Part shown: in pieces, positions 19,472 through 29,274 of the stretch | Numbering within the stretch: the first letter of the stretch is position 1 | Layout: every line of letters begins with the position of its first letter | DNA from: an uncultured Chloroflexia bacterium | GTDB lineage: Bacteria > Chloroflexota > Limnocylindria > Limnocylindrales > CSP1-4 | NCBI GenBank assembly: GCA_963766735.1 | Contig: CAVYBU010000030.1 | Location: forward strand, 224,001-288,000 | DNA: 64,000 nt | Direction: 5' to 3' | Translations under genes and position numbers: made by a program | The notes under the pieces: model-generated | What the model saw: the letters and a program-made list of their open reading frames with translations, nothing else | What the model was told of the DNA's origin: nothing | Database searches by the model: none

Positions 19472-19547
19472 TGGGGTGGCCTACGGGGCTCGAACCCGTA
19501 ACCTTCGGAGCCACAATCCGATGCTCTGCCATTGAGCTAAGGCCACC
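19472..19547 (-). tRNA. tRNA-His (GTG) with encoded G-1 and CCA
   Basis: Reverse complement GGTGGCCTTAGCTCAATGGCAGAGCATCGGATTGTGGCTCCGAAGGTTACGGGTTCGAGCCCCGTAGGCCACCCCA forms a cloverleaf with anticodon GTG and C73. Confidence 0.97.
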
Positions 19548-19909
19548 GCGAGATCAGATCGGGCATCGGGCGGTCGTCGTGCGACCGCCGCTGACACCCT
19601 ATCTGCGCCGCGAGAGTGTACCCGACCTCGGGCCGACTCTTGGCTGTGCCGGGCCGCCGGAACCGGCGATGCCCGCGCTCACAGGCGGTGCGCAGACCGG
19701 TGCGTGAAGGCACCGTTCGGCCTCTCGGGACGGCGAAAGGGGCCGAATGCCACGTTCCCGAGCGCCACAGGTTTCCGTACGTTTGACCATCTCTTGTCCA
19801 AGTCTGACTCGAGAAGCGCACGACTGGGGGTAGTCGTTGATCGATCCTCAACGGATCCGAGCGCGCCACCGGGCCGGTCACGACACAGACGACCACGCTG
19901 AGCAGCGCC

Positions 19910-21472
19910 GTGTCTGACCCTCGAGCACCCTCCGGTCCGCGTGCGGTCTGGCTTGACCGCGTCATGATCGGCGTCGTCATCGTCCTGACGCTCGGCACGG
20001 CTGCCTCCTTCCTCGTGCCCGATCTGCTCGCGGGCGTCTTCAATCCGTCGCTGGACCTCGTCATCCATACGATCGCCACGGTCGTGACGATCTCGGTCGC
20101 GGTGCTGGCCTGGGTACGCTTGCGCCAGGGGGGCGAGTCAGGCGCCGCGTTCCAGGCGGCCGCATTCCTGGTGCTCGCGATCGTCAACGTGCAAGCCATC
20201 CTGCTCGTCGTGACGGGCGCCGACGGCCAGGCAGGCATGCCAGCCGCATTGCCTAGCGACGCGCCGCTCTACATGCCGATGATCGTCCGCCTGTTCGCGG
20301 CCGCACTACTGGTGCTCGGCGGGCTCGCGTCCCTGCCCTCGGTTCGCATCCACCGCGCACTCATCGTCGCGCTCGGAGTGTCCGCCGCGATCCTGATCGT
20401 CATCACCCTCGTCGTGAAGGGGTCCGCGCCACTTCCGCCCGAGTGGATGATCGGGGTGGGTCTGCCGTCGCTGGTCACTGCGGACGCAGCGTGGCCGCTT
20501 CCGACTCCGATGGCGCTCGGTGCCGCCACGCAGGCGCTCGGGGCGGCACTGTTCCTGTGGGCGGCCGGACTGTTCTGGAGGCAGTACCACCGGGAAGGGC
20601 TGGTCGGCGATGGCTTCCTCGCGGTCGGGCTCGTCTTCGCAGCGTTTGCACAACTCCAGCCGGCTGCCTACCACGGCGCGTATGCGGGCCTGGTCACGAG
20701 CGGCGATCTGCTGCGCCTGGTCTTCGACGTGGTCCTCCTGGTCGGCATCCAGGCACAGGCGGGTGCGCACCTCGCGAGCCTCCGCCTGGCCAACGCGGCG
20801 ATGGCCCGGTCCAGGGAGACCGACGCGGAGCACGCCGCCCTCGAGGAGCGCGCACGCCTTTCGCGGGAGCTGCACGACGGCCTGGCACAGGACCTCTGGG
20901 TGGCGAAGCTCAAGACGAGGCGGCTGACCTCCCAGCCGGACCTCGGGCTCGAGGCGCGCGCACTCGCCGGCGAGCTGAGCGCTGCGATCGACGCCGGGCT
21001 CGCTGACGCGCAGCAGGCTGTGGCGGCCATGCGCATGCCCGGCGAGTCGGCCGCGACGTTCGGGGAGCTGATGGCGCGGTCCGTCGATGAGTTCGCGGAC
21101 CGGTTCGGCCTCCGTGTTGAGTTCGTGTGCGAGCAGGCGCTTCCGCCGCTCCCGGCGCGCGCCCAGGCCGAAGCGCTGCGGATCGCACGGGAGGCGCTCA
21201 TCAACGCGTCCCGTCACGCGGACGCGACGGTGGTCCGCGTGCGAGCAAGCGTGGAGGACGGCAGGCTCGTCATCGTGGTCGGTGACAATGGCCGAGGCTT
21301 CGACCAGAGCGCCGTGGGCCGCTCCGCGTTCGGGTTGGCGGGCATGCGAGAGCGGGCTGCCCAGATCGGCGCAGAGCTTCGCATCGACTCTCGGCCGCAC
21401 GACGGGACGCGGGTCAGCCTGTTCGTCCCGCTCACGGGCGCGGCAGTGCCGGTCATCGCTGGCGCCGGGTGA
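19910..21472 (+). CDS. Membrane sensor histidine kinase (HisKA_3, NarX/UhpB type)
   Basis: About 8 TM segments. H-box [16 protein letters not shown], then [25 protein letters not shown]. Confidence 0.92.
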   Translation: MSDPRAPSGPRAVWLDRVMIGVVIVLTLGTAASFLVPDLLAGVFNPSLDLVIHTIATVVTISVAVLAWVRLRQGGESGAAFQAAAFLVLAIVNVQAILLVVTGADGQAGMPAALPSDAPLYMPMIVRLFAAALLVLGGLASLPSVRIHRALIVALGVSAAILIVITLVVKGSAPLPPEWMIGVGLPSLVTADAAWPLPTPMALGAATQALGAALFLWAAGLFWRQYHREGLVGDGFLAVGLVFAAFAQLQPAAYHGAYAGLVTSGDLLRLVFDVVLLVGIQAQAGAHLASLRLANAAMARSRETDAEHAALEERARLSRELHDGLAQDLWVAKLKTRRLTSQPDLGLEARALAGELSAAIDAGLADAQQAVAAMRMPGESAATFGELMARSVDEFADRFGLRVEFVCEQALPPLPARAQAEALRIAREALINASRHADATVVRVRASVEDGRLVIVVGDNGRGFDQSAVGRSAFGLAGMRERAAQIGAELRIDSRPHDGTRVSLFVPLTGAAVPVIAGAG

Positions 21473-22131
21473 CCACTCGGGCCCGCACCGGGCACCTCCG
21501 CGTCATGCTGGTCGACGACCACGCTCTGGTCCGGGCTGCGGTGCGTCAGGCGATCACCGCACCTGACGTGGAGCTCGTCGCGGAGGCATCAACCGCAGAG
21601 GAGGCGCTCGAGCTCGCGCCGCGGGTTCGCCCGGACGTGCTGCTCGTCGACATCGATCTGCCCGGGATGGACGGCGTGGCGCTCGTGCGTGAGCTGGCGC
21701 CCCGGCTTCCGGATACCCGGATCGTGATGCTCACCGTTTCGAGCGCAGACCGGCATCTCCTGGATGCGATGCGCTACGGGGCGAGCGGGTACCTGACCAA
21801 GAACCTGGACCCCGACGCCCTGCTCCGCGCCGTGCGAAGCGCACACGCGGGCGAGCTGGCGATGCCGCGGGGACTCGCCGCCCGGCTCGTCCACCGGCTC
21901 GTGGAAGCGTCCGGTCCGACGACGGATGCCGAGGATCCGGCCCTCGAGTCGCTCACGAGCCGCGAGGTGGAGGTTCTCGGCCTCCTTGCGGACGGCCTGA
22001 CCGACCGGGAGATCGCGGACTTGCTCACCATCTCGCCGCGCACGGTGGAGACGCACGTGAGCAGCGTGCTGCACAAGCTCGGGGCGCGGAACCGCGCCGA
22101 GGCTGCGCGCCGGTATCGCGAGCCGGTCTGA
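21469..22131 (+). CDS. NarL/LuxR family response regulator
   Basis: Receiver VDDH...DIDLPGMDG...GYLTK; [12 protein letters not shown]...TVETHV. Confidence 0.93.
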   Translation: MTTRARTGHLRVMLVDDHALVRAAVRQAITAPDVELVAEASTAEEALELAPRVRPDVLLVDIDLPGMDGVALVRELAPRLPDTRIVMLTVSSADRHLLDAMRYGASGYLTKNLDPDALLRAVRSAHAGELAMPRGLAARLVHRLVEASGPTTDAEDPALESLTSREVEVLGLLADGLTDREIADLLTISPRTVETHVSSVLHKLGARNRAEAARRYREPV

Positions 22132-22158
22132 CCGAACCCCCGTTCGACCTGTGGCCGG

Positions 22159-22656
22159 TCAGCCCCTCGCGAACGCGCGCGCGGTCGCGACCTCGACCCG
22201 GAGCAGGCGGGGTTGCGCGACATCCAGCGAGACGCCCGTCCCACCGCACATGACCAGCAGCAGGCGCTCCCCGGACACCCCGACCTCCTCGATCTCCCCG
22301 AGGTTGAACGAGAGGGTCTGACGGCCGACGAGCACGAGCCGCCGTGAGGTCAGGTAGAGGTCGCCCGCGAGACCCAACGGCGCATCGGGGCCCGGGGTGG
22401 CGTGCCGCCGGTCGAGCTGGGCGGAGCGCCGCACCGCTACGACCCGTTCGCCAGGATCCAGCAGCGGGGCGACCGCCGCATCGGGCTCGAGCGAGGCCAT
22501 CGGCTGGGTGCGGTACGCCTCGCGAGCGAGGTCCGCGGCGGCATCGTCCGCTTGCGCGCGCACGATGATCGCCGACGCGTCCCGGATCGCCGGCGCGTCC
22601 GCTGGCGAGTCGTCGGGCGCGGTGACCTGGGCCTTCCGCCTGCTGAACCGCTCCAC
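22159..22656 (-). CDS. Hypothetical protein, possibly PH-like domain
   Basis: GDLYLTSRRLVLVG pattern. TACAGT lies 6 nt before GTG. Confidence 0.55.
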   Translation of the reverse strand: MERFSRRKAQVTAPDDSPADAPAIRDASAIIVRAQADDAAADLAREAYRTQPMASLEPDAAVAPLLDPGERVVAVRRSAQLDRRHATPGPDAPLGLAGDLYLTSRRLVLVGRQTLSFNLGEIEEVGVSGERLLLVMCGGTGVSLDVAQPRLLRVEVATARAFARG

Positions 22657-22932
22657 GACGCGACTGTACGGCGGCGGGACAGGTGGCCGCCATCGGGGAA
22701 GGTACGGACGCGGGTACTGGTTTCTCTCTACGTGTCCCGGGGTTCACCGCCATTGGTGACAGGAGGCACCGGATGTACGGAGGGCCGAACCCGTACCCCG
22801 GTCCGGGCTGGCACGGATGGCAGCGTGGCGGGTTCGGGGCAAGGTGAGGCAAGTCATCGGGCGTCGAGCGCCGGGGGGTGCCCGGGTGACACGGGGCGCC
22901 CGCCCGGCTCCAGACCGACAGTTACCAGGGGC

Positions 22933-23487
22933 ATGGAAACGACGGTCCCGAACAACTTCCCTGACGAGAGCGCCAAGGCGTCCAGCGATCTTGCCCGGCG
23001 CACGAGTCGCCGCCCCCGCCTCTCGACAGGCCTTGTCGTCGCGGCCGGTGTCGCGGTCCTGGCGGCCGGCATCGGCTTCCGGATGAGCGACATACATGTC
23101 CAGACGGTCCTGTCCGGTTCGATGCGACCCACCATCTCGCCGGGCGACCTCGCGATCACCCAGGCCGTCCCGGTTGGTTCCGTTCAGGTGGGTGACGTCA
23201 TCGTGTTCGCGCCGCCGGACGGCACGAAGCCGGTTCTCCACCGGGTCGCGTCGCGTGAGGGGGACGTCCTCACGACGAAGGGTGACGCGAACAGTGTCGC
23301 CGACCCTTGGCGCATCACGCTTGCAGGCACGACCGGCTACCGGCTGGTGTTCGTCGTGCCCTTCCTCGGCTGGCTGACCCAGCTGCGAGGCATCGCCCTC
23401 ATTGGCGCCGGGCTGATCGTGGCCCTGCTCATCCTCCTTGAAATTCGAAAGGGGGTGGGGTCCCGTCGATCCCAAGTCGCGTCCTGA
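22933..23487 (+). CDS. sipW: Signal peptidase I, SipW/archaeal (Ser-His) type
   Basis: Motifs VLSGSMRP, GDVI, LHRV, TKGDAN..D, VPFLG, with flanking TM segments. Confidence 0.88.
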   Translation: METTVPNNFPDESAKASSDLARRTSRRPRLSTGLVVAAGVAVLAAGIGFRMSDIHVQTVLSGSMRPTISPGDLAITQAVPVGSVQVGDVIVFAPPDGTKPVLHRVASREGDVLTTKGDANSVADPWRITLAGTTGYRLVFVVPFLGWLTQLRGIALIGAGLIVALLILLEIRKGVGSRRSQVAS

Positions 23488-23532
23488 GTTGCCCATGTGC
23501 CCAATAGCGCGTCCCCAGGAGAGTGACAAACC

Positions 23533-24402
23533 ATGACTCTGCGCAAGCTCGCCGGACTCCTCGCGGCGTTCGGCCTCACCGTCGGACTTATCGGAGGCGG
23601 CGTCGGTGCCGTCTTCCAGGACCAGGTCACCGCAACCGAGGAAATCAGCGTCGGTGACGTCGCGTGCGAGATCACCAGTGCGAGTCCTGCGGGCCCGGAC
23701 ATGGTGATCGCCGATGGCGGGAAATCCGTGACCTACACGCCTCCCATGATCACCAGCTCCGCAGCCAACGCTACCGGTCTCAAGTTCGACTTCACCGTGC
23801 AGAACACGGGCACCATCCCGGCGAACTTCACGGTCAATTCGCCTGACACCCAGGGATCGCAGTTCGCGACCCATGCGCCTGCGCCCAGCGGTCCCAACCC
23901 AGTCGCACCCGGTGCCTCGATCATCTACACGGGCGCCGGCGTCACCTGGGACGACCTCACGACTGAAGCAGGCATGAGCTACTCGTTCACGTGGACCGTG
24001 AACTGCGGCGAGGTGCCGCCCGTTCGACTTTGGAGCGCGGGGATCGCCGGTCCGGTTGACGCCGTGTTCCCCAGCACGATGGCAGCCAATGAGGCCAATG
24101 ACCTCCCCTACGCAACGGTCAATGACTCCACGATCACGTTCCAGAGCGTGACTCAAATCGCCGCCATGTGCATGGAGTACCGCTTCAACGACAACTCGCC
24201 CGACCAGAAGGTGTCCGACACCAACTACAACACGCTCGTCACCGACGGCCTGTGGCCGTTCCGGTGCTTCGGGTCAGGCTACAATTCGCCGTTTGCGACT
24301 GTCGCGATCCCGGACTGGGCCACGACCATCGAGGTCCGTCATTCGTTCGGCGGCGAGAGTGATTGGCGGTTCGGCTGGACTCGCTTCAACCTCCTGCCGT
24401 AA
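23533..24402 (+). CDS. Secreted protein with SipW-class signal peptide (TasA/CalY-like fibre subunit) and an extra C-terminal domain
   Basis: RBS AGGAG. Signal peptide ending GGGVGA|VFQD...ISVG; FTVQNTGTIP motif; directly after sipW. Confidence 0.72.
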   Translation: MTLRKLAGLLAAFGLTVGLIGGGVGAVFQDQVTATEEISVGDVACEITSASPAGPDMVIADGGKSVTYTPPMITSSAANATGLKFDFTVQNTGTIPANFTVNSPDTQGSQFATHAPAPSGPNPVAPGASIIYTGAGVTWDDLTTEAGMSYSFTWTVNCGEVPPVRLWSAGIAGPVDAVFPSTMAANEANDLPYATVNDSTITFQSVTQIAAMCMEYRFNDNSPDQKVSDTNYNTLVTDGLWPFRCFGSGYNSPFATVAIPDWATTIEVRHSFGGESDWRFGWTRFNLLP

Positions 24403-24463
24403 CGGCATCAATCCGGGCGGCATTCGGGGGACGCCGCTGGTAGACGGCTTGTCCACAGAAGAG

Positions 24464-24495
24464 CCCAGCCCGGCGTGCGTTCACACCGGGCTGGG
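24464..24495 (+). terminator. GC-rich hairpin between the fibre-subunit gene and the SipW-adhesin gene
   Basis: 10-bp stem cccagcccgg / ccgggctggg; no clear U-tract. Confidence 0.55.
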
Positions 24496-24578
24496 TGACC
24501 CGTTCGGTTCTCGGTCGTCGACCCGACGACGTCGGAACGATCCACCAGCGTGATCAATCCCAGGAGAGACCGGAGTCA

Positions 24579-27500
24579 ATGAGCGGCACCCAGGTCCTGA
24601 GGCGCGTCCGCGGTACCGCCGCGGGCGCCTCAGCGCGCCTGGTAACGCCGCTGCCGCGACGCGGTCGCGCCTGGCGTCATGTCTTCGCCGCGATCAACTT
24701 GGTGCTCGTCACCGCGATCGCGGCCATCGTGCTCCTAGACCTCGGGATCGCCGGCAACCCGTGGTACCGCATCGTCGGGATCACGGGTGGTTCCATGGAG
24801 CCGGCAATCAGTCGCGGTGACCTGATCGTGATCGCGCCCGCTCCTCCTACGGTCGAGCCGGGCATGGTCCTCCTGATGTCCGTCGGCGGCAAGGTCATCA
24901 CGCATCGCGTGGCCGCCGTCAACGCCGACGGGTCGTTCGTGACCCGCGGTGACGCGAACAGGGTGACCGACGCCTGGTCGGGCCGACCGATCCGCGTCAA
25001 CGGCCTGTACGTCGCCACCATCCCCTGGCTCGGCCACATCCTGCCGATCAAGAGCGGCTCCGGCGCGTCCTTTGCCGATAACTCCAGCGCCGCGATGAAC
25101 ATCACCGTGGGCCCCTGGGCCACCGGGGTTGCTGCCACGCCGACGCAGGAGCCCCCGGCGAACGCAGCCGGCTGGAACAGCACCGACGTCGTCGTGACCT
25201 GGAACTGGTCCGACACGGGTGCGGGGATCGACCCCGCCACGTGCACGACGAGCAGCACCTCCAGCGGCGAGGGCGCACTGGCCCTCACGGCCTCGTGCAC
25301 GGACAAGGCCGGCGTCACCGGCAGCGCCTCCTACGCCGTGAACGTCGACAAGACGCCGCCCGCGGTGACGATCGACGGCCACCCGAACGACACAGGCGGC
25401 TCGACAACGGCCGCGTTCACGTTCGAGGCTGACGACATTGGCGGCAGCGGGCTCGACGCGCTCAGCTGCATGCTCGATGCGGGGCCGGCCACCACGTGCG
25501 ACACCCCCATGTCGCAACGCTATACCGGGCTTTCAGACGGCCCCCACACGTTCACCGTCACCGCGACCGACAGGGCCGGAAACCCCGGCCCGGCGACCTT
25601 CACCTGGTCCGTTGACGCGGTCGGGCCGGTCATCGCCCCGCATGATCCCGTGGCCGCCGAGGCCACCGGGCCGACGGGGGCGCTCGTCACGTACACCGAA
25701 CCCACGACCAGCGACGCAAATGACGGCCCCGGAGTCGCGACGTGCGTTCCGGCCACGGGCAGCCTGTTCGCCCTCGGCCCGACGACGGTGGCCTGCGACG
25801 CCACCGACGCTGCCGGCAACGCTGCCTCCCAGACCAGCTTCGTGATCACCGTCGTCGATACGACCGGCCCTGCCTTCGCGGCCCCGGCCGACCAGGAGAT
25901 CCCGTCGACCGGGCCGGAGGGCGCGGTCTCCACCTGGCCAGATCCGACGGCCACCGACGCGGTTGACGGCACCGACCCCGTGCACTGCCTGCCCGCCTCG
26001 GGCTCCACGTTCCCGGTTGGCTCGACCACCGTGACGTGTACCTCGACCGACGCGGCATCCAACACCACGACCCACACGTTCTCGGTCACCGTCGTCTCGG
26101 ACGCGCCGACCGCCGCGCCGGTCATCGAGCCGCATGGCGACGTTACGGCCGAGGCCACGGGTCCCGAGGGCGCCCAGGTGACGTACGACCCGCCCACGAC
26201 AAGCGATGAGCAGGACGGATCCGGCGTCGCGACCTGCGGCCCGGCCTCCGGCAGCCTGTTCCCTCTTGGGTCTACGACCATCCTTTGCGATGCCGTCGAT
26301 TCCGACGCGAACCATGCCGCGCAGACCCAGTTCAACGTCACGGTTCGCGACACCACGCCCCCCACCTTCGCGGCCCCGGCCGACCAGGAGATCCCGTCGA
26401 CCGGGCCGGAGGGCGCGGTCTCCACCTGGCCAGATCCGACGGCCACCGACGCGGTTGACGGCACCGACCCCGTGCACTGCCTGCCCGCCTCGGGCTCCAC
26501 GTTCCCGGTTGGCTCGACCACCGTGACGTGTACCTCGACCGACGCGGCATCCAACACCACGACCCACACGTTCTCGGTCACCGTCGTCTCGGACGCGCCG
26601 ACCGCCGCGCCGACGCAGGCGCCGGCCGCGAACGGCAACGGCTGGAACAACGCCGACGTCGTCGTGACCTGGCACTGGTCCAGCGCCGGGTCGACGATTG
26701 ACGCGGCCCAATGCACGGCCAGCTCCACGTCGAGCGGCGAGGGCACGCTCACCCTCACGGCCACGTGTGCGAACGTGGCCGGCAACGCCGGCACCGCCAC
26801 GTACGCCGTGAAGGTCGACAAGACGAAGCCCGCGGTCGCGATCACGGGCCAACCCACCAGCCCGAGCAGCTCGGGCTCGGCCTCGTTCACCTTCAGCGCC
26901 ACGGACGCCGGCAGCGGCATCGACACCGTCAGCTGCAAGCTCGACGCCGGCCCCGCTGCTCCGTGCGACACCGCGACCTCTCATGGCTACACGGGCCTCG
27001 ACGCCGGCTCGCACACGTTCACGGTCATCGCCACGGACCTGGCCGGCAACGACAGCCAGGCGACCTTCACCTGGTGCATCAAGACCGCGGGGCCATCGGT
27101 CACGGTCGACCACGAAGTCGACGGGTCCAACGGCTGGAACCGGTCGTCCCCCGTCGCCCTTGTCATCACGGTCACGCCAGCCACCGCGCCGGTCACGGCC
27201 CCGCCGGTCTGCACCGACAACGGCCAGCCGTTCTCGCTCACCGGCCAGGCATCGCCGTACGCGGCCACGGTCACAGGCGATGGTACGCACGAGATCAGGT
27301 GCAAGGTCACCGACACGGCTGGCGTCTCGGCCACCGGCACCGACCCCGTCAAGATCGACACGACACCGCCCAAGGTCACGGTCCCGGCCGACATCGACGT
27401 CGGATCGGTTGACAAGGACGGGGTGGCCGTCAGCTACGCCGCGACGTTCGGTGACGCCACCAGCGGCCTGGCGAAGAAGGCGTGCACGCCGGCCTCGGGC

Positions 27501-28079
27501 TCGACGTTCCCGATCGGGATCACGACGGTGACGTGCTCGGCGACCGACAAGGCCGGCAACAGCCAGTCGCGGTCATTCACGATCACGGTCAAGATCCAGA
27601 CGGCGGTCGAGGCGAGGCAGGCGATCCTCGTGAGCCTCCAGGACGAGCTGGCCTGCACGGCGAGCAAGAACCTGAGGAGCCGACTGTCCGATGCGATCGG
27701 GCACGTCCGCGACAGCCTCGCCGCCAGCCTCTGGGTGGCGACCGGGCGGTTCGCCGACGGCAATCACCTGGATCCCGTCAGCGGCGAGACGGTCTTCGAC
27801 GCGGACAGGGCTGCGGTCGAGGCGCTGACGGGGATCAAGAAGCCGTCGTTCGCCGTCAAGGCGGCGATCGCGGACCTTGCCGCGGCCGACGAGCTGCTTG
27901 CCCAGACGGCGATCGACGACGCGATTGCCGCGAACGCCGATCCCCGACTCATCAGCGCCGCCCAGGAGCAGATGACCGCCGCCGAGGGCGACGCGGCGAA
28001 GGGTCACTTCGACCTGGCGATCGACCACCGGAAGTCCGCGTGGAGCGACGTGACGCCTGCGCCTCTGCCCGCCAGTTGA
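24579..28079 (+). CDS. SipW-type signal peptidase fused to a large Cys-rich Ig-like/HYR repeat surface protein
   Basis: N-terminal TM, then GGSMEP, THRV, RGDAN..D, IPWLG. Next SGASFAD...NITVG, followed by HYR repeats (DTT.P..., C.PASGSTFP.G.T.VTC) and Ig-like repeats. Confidence 0.82.
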   Translation: MSGTQVLRRVRGTAAGASARLVTPLPRRGRAWRHVFAAINLVLVTAIAAIVLLDLGIAGNPWYRIVGITGGSMEPAISRGDLIVIAPAPPTVEPGMVLLMSVGGKVITHRVAAVNADGSFVTRGDANRVTDAWSGRPIRVNGLYVATIPWLGHILPIKSGSGASFADNSSAAMNITVGPWATGVAATPTQEPPANAAGWNSTDVVVTWNWSDTGAGIDPATCTTSSTSSGEGALALTASCTDKAGVTGSASYAVNVDKTPPAVTIDGHPNDTGGSTTAAFTFEADDIGGSGLDALSCMLDAGPATTCDTPMSQRYTGLSDGPHTFTVTATDRAGNPGPATFTWSVDAVGPVIAPHDPVAAEATGPTGALVTYTEPTTSDANDGPGVATCVPATGSLFALGPTTVACDATDAAGNAASQTSFVITVVDTTGPAFAAPADQEIPSTGPEGAVSTWPDPTATDAVDGTDPVHCLPASGSTFPVGSTTVTCTSTDAASNTTTHTFSVTVVSDAPTAAPVIEPHGDVTAEATGPEGAQVTYDPPTTSDEQDGSGVATCGPASGSLFPLGSTTILCDAVDSDANHAAQTQFNVTVRDTTPPTFAAPADQEIPSTGPEGAVSTWPDPTATDAVDGTDPVHCLPASGSTFPVGSTTVTCTSTDAASNTTTHTFSVTVVSDAPTAAPTQAPAANGNGWNNADVVVTWHWSSAGSTIDAAQCTASSTSSGEGTLTLTATCANVAGNAGTATYAVKVDKTKPAVAITGQPTSPSSSGSASFTFSATDAGSGIDTVSCKLDAGPAAPCDTATSHGYTGLDAGSHTFTVIATDLAGNDSQATFTWCIKTAGPSVTVDHEVDGSNGWNRSSPVALVITVTPATAPVTAPPVCTDNGQPFSLTGQASPYAATVTGDGTHEIRCKVTDTAGVSATGTDPVKIDTTPPKVTVPADIDVGSVDKDGVAVSYAATFGDATSGLAKKACTPASGSTFPIGITTVTCSATDKAGNSQSRSFTITVKIQTAVEARQAILVSLQDELACTASKNLRSRLSDAIGHVRDSLAASLWVATGRFADGNHLDPVSGETVFDADRAAVEALTGIKKPSFAVKAAIADLAAADELLAQTAIDDAIAANADPRLISAAQEQMTAAEGDAAKGHFDLAIDHRKSAWSDVTPAPLPAS
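25873..26612 (+). repeat. Exact 248-bp intragenic duplication of one HYR domain (25873-26120 equals 26365-26612)
   Basis: Read directly; offset 492 bp; no mismatches seen. Confidence 0.9.
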
Positions 28080-28183
28080 ACGACTGAGGGTTCGAATTCG
28101 ATGACGCCTGGGGCTCATTGCGATCGCCCACCCGGTGTGTGAGACCTGTTGGTCGAGAAGCCCTCGTGACACCGAATGATCTA

Positions 28184-28212
28184 TTGACATCCGAGCGAAA
28201 GCAATCGACAAT
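28184..28212 (+). promoter_or_regulatory. sigma70-type leaderless promoter TTGACA-N17-GACAAT, with ATCGA repeats (possible XRE operator)
   Basis: The -10 ends 6 nt before ATG 28219, with no SD. Confidence 0.6.
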
Positions 28213-28218
28213 CGATAG

Positions 28219-28695
28219 ATGAACACGCTCGCAGGTCGGCTTCTCCGCGTTGCTCTTGTCGTCCTCCTGCTCGGAACCGTGTTCGTGCAGGTCCTCGTGC
28301 CCGTGCAGGCGACCATGGTGGGAACGAGCATCCCCGAAGTCGCCTACCTCGTCGCCCCGTATTCGACGGCCGCCATCCTCTTCATCGTCTGCGTCCAGGT
28401 GGCGCTGCTGGTCGTCTGGCGGCTGCTGTCCCTGGTCGACGGCGGGGTCATCTTCACCCACCGCGCCCTGCGCTGGGTCGATGTCATCATCACCTGCGCG
28501 GTGGTCGCCACGGTCCTGAGCGCAGCCGTCCTGATCCACATGCTCGGCTTCGTCCCCGGCGGCGGCGGACCGACGATCTACTTCATGCTCGCCTGCATCG
28601 CCGGCGGGCTGGCGTTCGTGCTCCTCATGATCGTCATGCGAGGCCTGCTCGAGTCGGCGATCGCCGACCGCACCGAGCTCGACGAGGTGATCTGA
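28219..28695 (+). CDS. DUF2975 family membrane protein
   Basis: Four TM segments, ends ...TELDEVI; typical partner of the downstream XRE. Confidence 0.85.
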   Translation: MNTLAGRLLRVALVVLLLGTVFVQVLVPVQATMVGTSIPEVAYLVAPYSTAAILFIVCVQVALLVVWRLLSLVDGGVIFTHRALRWVDVIITCAVVATVLSAAVLIHMLGFVPGGGGPTIYFMLACIAGGLAFVLLMIVMRGLLESAIADRTELDEVI

Positions 28696-28910
28696 TGGCC
28701 CTCATCGTCGAGCTCGACGTCATGCTCGCCCGGCGCAAGATGTCCGTGGGCGACTTTGCCAACGCCGTCGGCATCACCCCGGCGAACGTCGCCGTCCTGA
28801 AGAACGGGCGCGCCCGAGCGATCCGGTTCTCCACCCTGGACTCGATCTGCCGGGTGCTCGAGTGCCAGCCGGGTGACATCCTCCGGTGGACCGCCGACCC
28901 GCCCGCCTAG
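28695..28910 (+). CDS. XRE/YozG-like HTH transcriptional regulator
   Basis: LDVMLARRKMS...VGITPANVAVLKNGRARAIRFSTLDSICRVLECQPGDIL. Confidence 0.92.
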   Translation: MALIVELDVMLARRKMSVGDFANAVGITPANVAVLKNGRARAIRFSTLDSICRVLECQPGDILRWTADPPA

Positions 28911-29097
28911 CGGGAACGCGTTCGATGTCGGCAATCCTCACCATCGTCAACGTCTGCATCGTCCTGGCGCTCGGGCAGTCTGTTCGGCATGACGAGCCCG
29001 GCCGAGTGTCCTTGGCTGGGAGGTCTCCCACGCCCGGTGGCGCAGTTGAGCCGTGAGCGCCGTTGACAGGCCGGGATCTGGAGCAGAAGGTTTAGCC

Positions 29098-29274
29098 ATG
29101 ATCGACGACTGCCCCATGACCGAGGACTGTCCTGGCTACGACCGCGACCGCCGGGTGTGCCTCCTCCGGTCGGTTGACTGCGAGTTCGCGCCCGGTGCCG
29201 GCGAGGCCGCCCTGGTGTTCGAGATGCCCGATGCGCTGACGCCCGACGCTTCCGCAGAGGCAGTGTCGCGATAG
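29098..29274 (+). CDS. Small Cys-rich hypothetical protein
   Basis: 58 aa with four Cys; TTGACA at about 29063 upstream. Confidence 0.35.
   Translation: MIDDCPMTEDCPGYDRDRRVCLLRSVDCEFAPGAGEAALVFEMPDALTPDASAEAVSR

Larger units (their letters stand above)
17510..19498. mobile_element. Remnant genomic island integrated at the tRNA-His 3' end, with no integrase left
   Basis: Bounded by identical 37-bp direct repeats; contains two truncated convergent polysaccharide genes. Confidence 0.7.
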
